Below are positions 25,612 to 36,124 of a stretch of DNA of 64,000 nt, in pieces. Origin of the DNA: Podarcis tiliguerta (lineage: Eukaryota). The notes under the pieces were generated by a model. That model saw only the letters and a program-made list of their open reading frames with translations. It was not told where the DNA came from and searched no databases. The DNA lies in NCBI GenBank assembly GCA_965153285.1, contig OZ229114.1; one strand, given 5' to 3'. Position 1 is the first letter of the stretch. The number at the start of each line of letters is the position of its first letter. The position numbers and the translations under genes were made by a program.

Positions 25612-26534
25612 ATGGTACTAATAATGTTGGGACGCAGATTGAACAGAGGGGAGAGCCGAGCTCAGGAATCCCCGGTCACGAAGCGTAAAGTTTTTGAAAT
25701 GGACCCAAAGTCTTTATCAGGCCACGAGTTCTTTGATTTCTCTTCTGGCTCATCCCATGCTGAAAGCATACTGCAAATCTTCAATGAATTTCGCGACAGC
25801 CGCTTGTTCACAGATGTAATAATCTGTGTTGAAGGCAGGGAATTTCCTTGTCATCGAGCTGTTCTTTCAGCATGCAGCAGCTACTTCCGAGCTATGTTTT
25901 GCAATGATCACCGAGAAAGCAGGGAGATGTTGGTAGAAATCAATGGAATTTTTGCGGAAGCTATGGATTGTTTTTTACAATATGTGTATACAGGCAAGGT
26001 TAAAATCACAACAGATAATGTGCAGTACCTCTTTGAAACATCAAGTCTCTTCCAGATAAGTGTTCTGCGTGATGCTTGTGCTAAGTTCCTGGAAGAGCAA
26101 CTGGATCCTTGCAACTGCCTAGGAATCCAGCGTTTTGCCGATACACATTCACTGAAAACACTATTTACCAAATGCAGAAATTTTGCACTGCAGAATTTTG
26201 AGGATGTGGCCCAGCATGAAGAATTTCTTGAACTTGGAAAAGATGAACTCATTGATTATATTTGCAGCGATGAACTGGTAATTGGTAAAGAAGAAATGGT
26301 TTTTGAAGCCGTTATGCGCTGGGTTTATCGGGCTGTTGAACTCAGACGCTCAGTGCTACAGGAAATTCTCACACATGTGAGATTGCCCTTGTTACACCCC
26401 AACTACTTTGTTCAGACAGTGGAAGTGGACCAGTTGATCCAAAACTCTCCTGACTGCTATCAGCTGCTGCATGAAGCAAGACGGTACCACGTACTTGGAA
26501 ACGAAATGATGTCCCCAAGAACTCGGCCACGGAG
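25612..26534 (+). CDS. KLHL24: Kelch-like protein 24, first coding exon (BTB and BACK); the exon starts at 25551 with 5'UTR
   Basis: MVLIMLGRRLNR...KRKVFEMDPKSL...FNEFRDSRLFTDVIICVEGREFPCHRAVLSACSSYFRAMF. Acceptor TTATCTTTAG at 25541-25550, strong Kozak ACAATGG, donor AG|GTGAGA. Confidence 0.97.
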
Positions 26535-26944
26535 GTGAGAGGGCTGGGTTGATTTTTGTTGTTGTTACATTCCTGAATAAATTATTCATTATAGTGATAG
26601 CTTTTGTTTGAAACATTCAGTCTATTAAAAAACATTTAACCAACTGACCAGTTAACAGACTGTATTTTGTATCACCTCAGTAAAGATGTGATTTGCTTTT
26701 TATCTTTAGGCTTCTTTGTGTTGAAAAATTAAGGAACAATATGAGACAGAGTGTGCGGGAGGGAGTACATCACTACCACGCAAGAAATGTTAAACACATT
26801 TGAGTGCTTTATATTTCAGTTACTTCAGTTCTTATGTCTTGAAAGTTTCTGAAGGCTAGGTTTTTTTTTACTGAAACAGAGAAACATGATACCCCTCTGA
26901 AAATGTGACTTACAGTGCAATCCTAACCATGTTGGGATTTGGGG

Positions 26945-27350
26945 GAGGGCTCAATGGTAGAACATCTGCTTTGTATTTAGAAGGTCCTGGGTCCAATTGC
27001 CAGGTAGGGCTGGAAGAGACCCCTGCCTGAAACCCTGGAGTGCTGCTGCCATTCAGTGCAGATAGTACAGTGGAACCTTGGTTCTTGAACTTAATCAGTT
27101 CCGGAAGTTCATTCAACTCCTGAAAACCAAGGTGTGGTTTCCGATTGGCTGCAGGAGCTTCCTGCACTCAGCGGAAGCCACGTTGGACTTTCAGCTTCCG
27201 AAAAACGTTTGAACACCGGAACACTTACTTCTGGGTTTTCGGCATTTGGGAGCCAATTTGTTCGTCAACTAAGCCATATGAGAACCAAAGTTCCACTGTA
27301 CTAAATTAGATAGACTGGTCTGAGTCAGTGCAAGGCAGTTTCTTATGCCT
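26945..27350 (+). mobile_element. Squam3-like tRNA SINE interrupted by a MITE
   Basis: Same head and body as the 2032 copy; split at a TA by the 27068-27298 element. Confidence 0.7.
27068..27298. mobile_element. TA-flanked MITE (family B)
   Basis: TIRs CAGTGGAACCTTGGTTCT / AGAACCAAAGTTCCACTG with TA on both sides. Confidence 0.8.
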
Positions 27351-27770
27351 ACTCAGAATTAAGTCCAGTGGGGCTTTTCTCCAAATAATTGGCTTTGAAT
27401 TGCAGCTTTTTAAGCATGTCTGGATTTCTATAGTATGTGCCTATAGACTAGGGATAACTTTTCCTGCTTCATGTGAACTCTGGTCCATTAAAGCTAGTAT
27501 CTAGTGGATTTGTTACTCTTTAAGGTGCCACAAGACTTTGTTTTAGTAAACTTGTGGATTGATTGATTTATTTTGAAAATTTTTAAAAAATGTTCTAAGA
27601 ATACGAAAAGTATTTACTACTTTCAATAAATTAAGGACAGATGAATTGACTTTTGTTTTTCATGTTTTCTTCAAACCCCACCCCCGGTTAACTTCCAGAT
27701 ATTGTAACTTTCAGATTCTGGTTTATTTATTAGGTTTTTCAATAAACTACTTTGGTTTTTCTGTTTCTAG

Positions 27771-27955
27771 GTCAACTGGCTATTCTGAAGTGATAGTTGT
27801 TGTTGGAGGCTGCGAAAGAGTTGGGGGATTTAATTTGCCCTATACAGAATGTTACGACCCCATGACAGGAGAGTGGAAATCACTGGCTAAATTACCAGAA
27901 TTTACAAAGTCTGAGTATGCAGTTTGTGCTTTGAGGAATGATATCCTCGTTTCAG
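27771..27955 (+). CDS. KLHL24: KLHL24 coding exon 2 (kelch 1)
   Basis: TTTCTAG|G STGYSEVIVVVGGCERVGGFNLPYTECYDP...NDILVSG|GTAAA; 185 nt. Confidence 0.97.
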
Positions 27956-28474
27956 GTAAACAATTTATATTACACACAAAAGTACTGTGGTGAGAATACT
28001 ATTATCATCAGTTTATGGAAGTCTTTTGGGAAATGGAGAAGTGGACTTAGTGCTACTTTTGCACATTGTCAGAAGCACTGAAAAGTGAATGCACAAATTA
28101 CATAGGCACCCACTTTTGGATAGCATTTGAAGATGTGATTTACATTACCACAGCTAAGTTATATGTGAAATGCACTTTACCACTGAGCACAAGTTTTCCC
28201 CAGCTAGGTAAACAGACACAGCATCCGAAGTGTAAACTACTCCAGAAAAAACTACATTGGTGAAAAGAGGTATTGCTTTAATTGCCCAGTGGAAAAGAAT
28301 TCTAGGAAGTGTTTTCATACATTGGATTGTTGTGAACTTTATTTTCAGAAATGTACTTTTATCATGATACAGGGTTTTTTGTTGGTTTTTTTTTGGTCAA
28401 CAACTGGGCACAATGGAGCAAACCCTTTGTTTAATAACAGCCAAATTCCTGTCTTGTCTTTTCTTTCAAATGAG

Positions 28475-28593
28475 GTGGAAGAATCAACAGCCGTGATGTG
28501 TGGATTTATAATTCTCAGCTTAACATTTGGATCAGAGTTGCCTCTCTAAATAAAGGGAGATGGCGTCATAAGATGGCTGTTCTTCTTGGTAAA
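28475..28593 (+). CDS. KLHL24: KLHL24 coding exon 3 (GAG acceptor)
   Basis: [39 protein letters not shown]; acceptor CAAATGAG|GT, donor AAA|GTAAGA; 119 nt, phase-consistent. Confidence 0.94.
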
Positions 28594-29125
28594 GTAAGAG
28601 ATATTTGTTATTATCTAATAACATGGTTGAAATGCACAACAAATATCTAGAAATCAGACTGCATTATCTCAATTCATTGCACCACTTTTAAAATTGAAAC
28701 GGATGTCACCTCAATTCTGATTTCTAGTCTGTACTATATAGAACTACACATTTTGCCAGTAAAAAAACCCATAATTAAAGAAAATGGCTAAATAAAATAG
28801 TTTGTTTAGGAAGCCTCAGTTGTAAGCATGCACAATATGTGAGACTGTATATTATCTTTACAGTTCACACAGTGTGGAAATTCAGGAAGGAGCCTTAATT
28901 TCCAATATCCATGCTTTTTGGTGTATGTGAATTTGTAACTGTGTTAACTCGCTTTTCTTAAACTGCAGGAGGGGAGGGGTCGTTCCTAAAATACATAAAT
29001 ACATTTTCACAACTCATCGGGTCACAGATGAAAACATTGAGGCTTTGTGTAATGCCACACCTAGGTTTGCTAAAGTAGCCAAGCAGTAAGCATATTCTGG
29101 CAACATTCTCTCTTTACTTTTAAAG

Positions 29126-29314
29126 GTATATGTGGTTGGAGGATACGACGGACAAAGCCGACTGAGCAGCGTAGAATGTTATGACTCATTTTCCAATCGA
29201 TGGACAGAGGTAGCATCTCTTAAAGAAGCAGTGAGTTCTCCAGCAGTTACCAGCTGCGTGGGCAAACTGTTTGTGATAGGCGGAGGTCCTGATGACAACA
29301 CATGCTCTGATAAG
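29126..29314 (+). CDS. KLHL24: KLHL24 coding exon 4
   Basis: TTTTAAAG|VYVVGGYDGQSRLSSVECYDSFSNRW...DDNTCSDK|GTTGG; 189 nt. Confidence 0.96.
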
Positions 29315-30560
29315 GTTGGGTAATTGTATTCACTTTCTTTTCTCTATTTTAGTAACATTCAAAATGAATGATATATAAAAATTACTAGTAATTGAAAACC
29401 AGCAAGAACCTACAATAACATGTTGCAAGATATTCCCAACTCCTGTTCTAGGCTCCAGCAAACCTGAAACAGGAGCCTCATAGTTCTGTTCTGTGTTTTG
29501 GGTGGGGAGCCTTCAGGAGGCATAAAAGGAAAATAGATACTTGTGGAGGCAGGGGGTTAATATTTATCCACCCTCCTAAAGCCTTTCCATGCTGTGCTAT
29601 ATAGAGCTCAGGCATTCAGTTTGCAGAGTGGGCTTCCCTTTCCTGAGCATTTTATTGCTTTGTAGTGGGAAGGAATGATGTTTTTCATTCCCCATCTCCT
29701 AAAACCTTGCTTTATAATATGTATTCCAACACCCCTAATCCCTGCGTCCAGGCTTGTGTAAGCTAGGGGTTTGAACCACCACCCACAGCCAGTATTTCCA
29801 TTGTTCCTGGAGACAAGGCAGCTCATAGTATGCAGTACTTATCAGGCTGTTTGGTGTTGAGGTTATCTTCTCTTTTTTGTAATGTGTTAAATAATAATAC
29901 CTAACAAGTCCCCTAGGTCTGCAGAAATTGCTACATTGTTTGTGGGTGGCCTGATTTTACTGCCAAACCGATAGGCACAGGACCACCAAAGTTATTTTAG
30001 AGCCCCGCCTTGCTTGGCATCTCTGGAGGGGGTTCCATTGCCTTTCATCCAAGCTTAGAGGAGAGTATCTGAACTGGCACAGGATAGGCTGACAAAAAAC
30101 AAATGGTCAATAGGTGGCATGAGGTATGCATGAGTGCTGAGTCCTCTGCCTTTCTTATTGTGTTAGGGAAATTTTTGACGCTTTGCAATGGGGTGGGATG
30201 GGGTAATTTTAATATTTCATATTCCCCCAGGAATGGTGAAACCTCACTTTTGTTTGTGGGTTGCCCTGGCTTGTCTTCAAAGTGATTGGCATGGAGCAAC
30301 AGAATTTTACTATTGGAAGGAATTATTATATAAAACAGTTGCATTACTAATGTTTTGTCCCATGACATGAAGTTCTTATAGAGTCTTACTTGCTAATTGG
30401 GTTGGCATGAAAAGTTCTTTGATAATTTGCAATTACACAGTTGACTTGCTCAGCCATTTAAAGATATCATTCAATCAGTATTAACAACTTGGGGAAGCTG
30501 AAACCATATCAAGTTAGACTAGAGGAGCTTTGAAAGTAAAATGTGTTTGTTACTTTTCAG

Positions 30561-30749
30561 GTTCAGTCTTACGATCCTGATACTAATTCTTGGCTACTCC
30601 GTGCAACAATCCCCATTGCAAAGAGATGTATAACAGCTGTATCACTAAACAATCTCATCTATGTTGCGGGAGGGCTCACAAAGGCAATTTATTGTTATGA
30701 TCCAGTTGAAGATTATTGGATGCATGTGCAGAATACATTCAGTCGACAG
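30561..30749 (+). CDS. KLHL24: KLHL24 coding exon 5
   Basis: TTTTCAG|VQSYDPDTNSWLLRATIPIAKRCITAVSLNNLIYVAGG...TFSRQ|GTAAC; 189 nt. Confidence 0.96.
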
Positions 30750-31431
30750 GTAACAACAAAGAACTAGCAAAGTTGCTCCTTTGTACATTGTATTTATCAA
30801 AATTCTAAACACATTGTGTTAGATCCAGATAAAAGCACATCTAATGAGGCTGACAAAAGCTAACTTTCTCCCCCGGTCCACAGCCTTGTGAAAAGGTTTC
30901 TTCAAAGCATCTAACAATACAATATTTGAAAACGGTTCAAGCAATCCCCAAACGAAATTAAACTGGGGATGCTTTCATACTGTTGCTATTTTGGAGTGGA
31001 TTCACTCCTATACCCGGTTGCACAATTAGATGGTTTTTTTGCAACAAACCTTTTCTCCCCTCCCCCCAAATGTGGTGAAAGTGATGGGGAAACATATCAA
31101 GATGAAAGCTGAATAAACAGGTCTTCTGGAAATGAACTAGTTTAAGCCATATTGAACTAGTGAGAAATGAACATGTAAATGTACAGAAGTTTAGAACTGA
31201 ATAATGGGTGGAATTCACTGACAGACCACACCAGTACAGCTATGGGTCAGGATACTCTTTTACACAATACCATGATTTCACTTTAGACAACGATGCACAT
31301 GCTATTTTAGGTGCTACTTTATACTTGTCAGTCAAAAATTCACCTTGGACTCCTATACCCTAAGAAGCAATGAAACAGGCTGATGCTAATGTTTCTTGGT
31401 CTGAATCTGATGCATGGTTCATTGCATACAG

Positions 31432-31621
31432 TAGAGCTTTCCGAACTTTTCATGTTGGTGAAACACTTTTTAGACATGCATCATATAGTAATTCAGTTTT
31501 ACTAGCAAACCAAAGGTTAAACTAACCCCTTTCCGGTCCTAGGAGCAGTGCGGGGAGCACTTGCGCCACACACACACACTGCAGCCAGCACACTAACGTT
31601 GCAACAGCTTGGAAAGCTCTG
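31432..31621. mobile_element. Probable hAT-type MITE
   Basis: TIRs TAGAGCTTTCC / GGAAAGCTCTG; degraded 8-bp TSD GCATACAG / GCCTACAA. Confidence 0.6.
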
Positions 31622-32305
31622 GCCTACAACAGAATGCCTAACACTTAGTAGAATCATACAAAACCTACTGCTAGAAAACGGTTTATCATTTTGCTACAAT
31701 ACTTTTGCCACCACATTTATAAAACCCATAAATAAGCTTACTCTGGGGGGGTACCTTCCTCTGCTTATCCTATATTTTTACTCCTGATTTTCCTCTCATC
31801 TGTTTTGTGTAGTATCTAATATCATTGTTCTCTGTTGTTTTGTAGTTTTCCATTATTTCCAAAGTGTTCTTCTACCTAGTACTTAAGACAACTCACAGCT
31901 CTTCTGCTTGTACACCTTTTCAAATGTTTCAGCATATTTCCTCATTTGCTGCCAGTTGTCTATCTTAATTTTGTTTTGCTCTTCCCATCATTCCATAATT
32001 CCTCTTTTCTTATATAATACTGTGCATCCATTTTCTTAAGCTTATCATTTACTTGATACTTATCTAGCCTTTTCCCAGCACAGTTGGCCAAGGATAGAAT
32101 CCACCACAGATGTTCAACTATTGGGCCAAGATTAACAAAATGCTACAAAATTATTGTGCTGCCCAAATACAAGCCCAAACTGAGGAAATGGTTTATTGTA
32201 GCCTAGCACATCTATTTCAGGGTGCATCAGGATGAGCATAACATACTAATAATCACAGCTATAAATGTTTTAATTATCAATTTTCTTCATGTATTTGATG
32301 AACAG

Positions 32306-32506
32306 GAAAACTGTGGCATGTCTGTGTGTAATGGCAAAATCTACATCCTTGGTGGGAGGCGAGAAAATGGAGAAGCTACAGATACCATTCTTTGTTATGA
32401 TCCTGCCACCAGCATCATCACAGGAGTAGCAGCAATGCCCAGGCCAGTCTCATACCATGGCTGTGTGACTATTCACAGATACAATGAAAAGCACTTTAAA
32501 CTCTAA
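32306..32506 (+). CDS. KLHL24: KLHL24 last coding exon
   Basis: AACAG|ENCGMSVCNGKIYILGGRRENGEATDTILCYDP...YHGCVTIHRYNEKHFKL*; total CDS 1806 nt (601 aa). Confidence 0.96.
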   Translation, partial: ENCGMSVCNGKIYILGGRRENGEATDTILCYDPATSIITGVAAMPRPVSYHGCVTIHRYNEKHFKL

Positions 32507-35500
32507 AAAAGAGGAGAGTCTGTAAATACAAATGAGTGGCATATTACAATCAGGATTTGAAAGCTGCCTTTTCCAAAGTATCATCTGGAAAGATAAAAGA
32601 TTGTACTTTTTGCTTTTACAATTTTGAAAGTGATTCCGAATGTAATTGTTAAATGTTTTCAATAACCACAGTTCAGTAATTTTTCCCAGAGCAATCCTAA
32701 CCCTTGATGTGTACTGCTGGTGGGGTAAAAGATGGGCTCCCTCTATTGGAATCAGCTGGCATCGGCCTCTGCTGCCACAATGTCCACTATTGTGCCCACT
32801 GAAAGTGCAACAGAGCAACACTAACACAGGCAGTGACTGCCATAAGAACCCAAAATGGGCAGGGTGGAACAGGGCCAGCAATGGATCTGCTAAATCCAAA
32901 GCAGATCCATTTCATGGCAAGGAACCTGATTTGGGCTTCTCAGCTACATGAACATGGAGCTAGTGGAGCAAGATTGTTGGAAACTACTATCCCTGCTTTC
33001 TCCCCCTTGTCAGCCCAAGTTCAGATGTCACAGTGACTCTTCTGCTCTGTTCCACCCTGCTGTACCCTGGCCACAGTTAGGATTGCTCTGTCCTAACATG
33101 TTCTGGTTTGAAAACTCTATCAATTTATATTAGTAATTAGATCGTGTTCACTTCTATGTTATCTGTAAAACAAAACACCTTGGATTTTGAGTGTATAGCA
33201 GTGCCTTTGGAAGTATTCATCCCTATTTTATATGAAGCATTATCTGCATATTTTCATACCTTATTTGTGGTAAGCACTGTTAACAACTTTACTGTTGCAA
33301 GTATGTGGGCGTTAGAATTGGAATAATGCCTGAAGATCTAAATAACTTCAAAATATTGCATTGGCCTTTGGTAACACGATAGACCCCTCATCAGTAAGCA
33401 CTATATGCACAGGGGCATTCAGTGAGGAAAGCACACACAAATCACACATGGTTATTTGAATATAATCATGGGATTGCTTTAAAACTTGCTTCTACACCAA
33501 GTCTGAGAAGCTATTGATTCTCCCTTGAGTGTTCAGAATTCCCACTTGAAGGCTCTCTGAGCTCAAATCACAAGTACCCACTAGAAATGTTCTGTAGAAC
33601 CTATGAAGATCTTCTCTGATTAAGATTAAATTTGTGCTCAGGTTCAGTATTGTTTACTGTTCTCAGATAGCAAGTCAATAGATCTTAGGGGTAGGGAGTT
33701 CTTGATTGATTATGATAATACCTTTAGAACTAATAAGTAAAAAAACCTGTTGATTAATACCAGGTTATCTTAGTTTTAATTTTTTTAATGGAATAGGGCA
33801 GGCAATGCAGCTATTCTTGAAAATTTGGCAGAGAGCCACACCTTGTGCTATGAATCATCATCTGAGTTACTATATTTTACTGTAGCACTCCTTATACAGC
33901 ATAAGTAAACCTGTTATACTTATCCATGTCTCCATGGAAGAACTCTGTTATACCTGGTCACTGAATTAGTAAGTGAACATGTAATTGTTACTGCACTTAA
34001 TTTATGCTGTATTTTGTTAATGATCAGTGGCCTATGATAGACACAGCACAATATTTAATTTGCTGCAAATGATAAATAACTGACGCAGCTACACAGAGCT
34101 GACAAAATTAATTATGCAAACATGTCTAATACAAGAAAAGTCCATTATGCCATATTAAACTGTAATTTTAATTTGTACTTTTATGTCAGTTTCCTGAGCC
34201 TTACTTTGACAAGTTTCCTAACTCTAATATATGACAAAGTTTGTACTTACAGTGTTTACGTTGCTCTGAATACTATTCTTTTTAGGACACTGCATATGAT
34301 GCTTATGTAAGCCAATCCATACCCTCTCTTTTTTTATGCATTTCCATTTTACATTGTCCATCCAACATATACTAGCTTTATGGGACTGCAAGGTTTATTC
34401 TTTCTTAAATTGACATTTTAGTTTTATGCAAAAATAGATTGTGAAGCAGTGAATGAAACAATGGTCCTTACAACTACTTAATCTGGCACATTCCAATGAA
34501 TGCAATTATTAAGCAGTAAGTCTTGAGTTTTGTGGCCTTAGTATCTCTTATTTAACAGATCTGTTTTGTTAGGTGGTTGTTGAACCAATTTTTGTTTTCA
34601 AAAAAAAGATATGGCTCAAATAATCCACTGAGTGCTTTCTCATATGATATGACTCTGTTGAGTCTTTCATGTTCTGACTATAGAAGCAACTACATAGTAG
34701 TATCATTGCCTGTGCTTCTATCATTGAGTAAATTGTGCTACTACTATTTTCTAGATGAAGCAACTTATGTAGTGAGTATTCAATATCAGCTGTATGAATG
34801 AGCAATACTGTATCTTAACCAAAGATTGCATTTCTCTGATCAATATTTCTTCTTCAAAAAATGACATAAAAATTAATGCAAGAAGTGTATATCACTTTGT
34901 ATGCTTCTATAAAGAAAAAAGGATGAAGTGGATCCTCATGCCATTATTCTTTTGAATGGGTATACATTTTAAAGAAGCAGTTCACAAGTGGCAGATATTA
35001 GACAATTTCCTGGATGATACCCAATACCATTTTTTTCATGGCTACTCTTTTGAAGCCAACATTAAGCTTGGCTCCCATTGATATTGGGCCATGCACAGAC
35101 TATGATGTCTGCATTTTTCCTTTGATGATTTCTTTTGACTTTGGGTAACACCACAATCACTGCAACCTTAGAACTTCAAGTTTAAACACACTTATCTGGG
35201 AAAAGGCCCCATTTCTTTAGAATATACAGTACATGTATAGGATTGCACTGCAAATCATCTGTGTAACATCAATTATTTGAGATACTTAAATGATGCTAGT
35301 TTAAAAAATATATTTGTAGTTGCAAATAAATCAAACTGCTTTTGGCTATTTGAAAATGGTACTTATGCATCTACTTGTAATTTGGCATATGTCAGGATAA
35401 TCTTTGCTTTATGAAGGAAATTACCGGTAACCTTCTTTACAAACTTTATATATAGTTTATTCTATCCTAATTTACTTGCATGCTCACTCTCCCTCCTTAG

Positions 35501-35642
35501 AGTCTATGTAAGTGGAATTCACATGAAAAAATTGATTAAGGGGGAAACAGCTGCATGTTTTACAGTGATTTGCATCCTTCAGCATGAATCTTTATGGAAT
35601 ATATTATTTCACTTTAACTCACCTAAGTTCACCTTTGTTGTA

Positions 35643-35884
35643 CACTGGTACCTCGGGTTACATACGCTTCAGGTTACATACGCTTCAGGTTAAAGACTCC
35701 ACTAACCCATAAATAGTGCTTCAGGTTAAGAACTTTACTTCAGGATGAGAACAGAAATCGGGCTCTGGCGGCGCAGCAGCAGCAGGAGGCCCCATTAGCT
35801 AAAGTGATGCTTCAGGTTAAGAACAGTTTCAGGTTAAGTACCGACCTCCAGAATGAATTAAGTATTTAACCCGAGGTACCACTG
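35643..35884. mobile_element. MITE family A in the KLHL24 3' region
   Basis: Same TIRs and TA TSD; 242 bp; same orientation as the 17650 copy. Confidence 0.88.
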
Positions 35885-35978
35885 TACTGTGCTGGGTCCC
35901 TCTTTTTTTGACTAGCCTCTGGTCTTTGCTTTAATGCTGCCACATAGCTTAGCCTCCTGGCAACCTGATACTCTGCAT

Positions 35979-36124
35979 CAGTGCCTTTTTTCTGAGGATA
36001 CACAAGGGTATGCAGTACCGGCACCTTTTTTTTCCTAGAAGAAAAGCACTATTTAAAAGTGTGGCACTTACTGTAATAACTTAATGGTGAGTACTGGCAC
36101 CTTTTTTCTAGAAGAAAAGCACTG
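35979..36124. mobile_element. hAT-type MITE
   Basis: TIRs CAGTGCCTTTT / AAAAGCACTG; perfect 8-bp TSD CTCTGCAT at 35971-35978 and 36125-36132. Confidence 0.8.

Noticed and set aside
25908-26252. Antisense ORFs over KLHL24, KLHL6 and YEATS2 exons
   Set aside because: They are shadow frames of real coding exons with no independent support.
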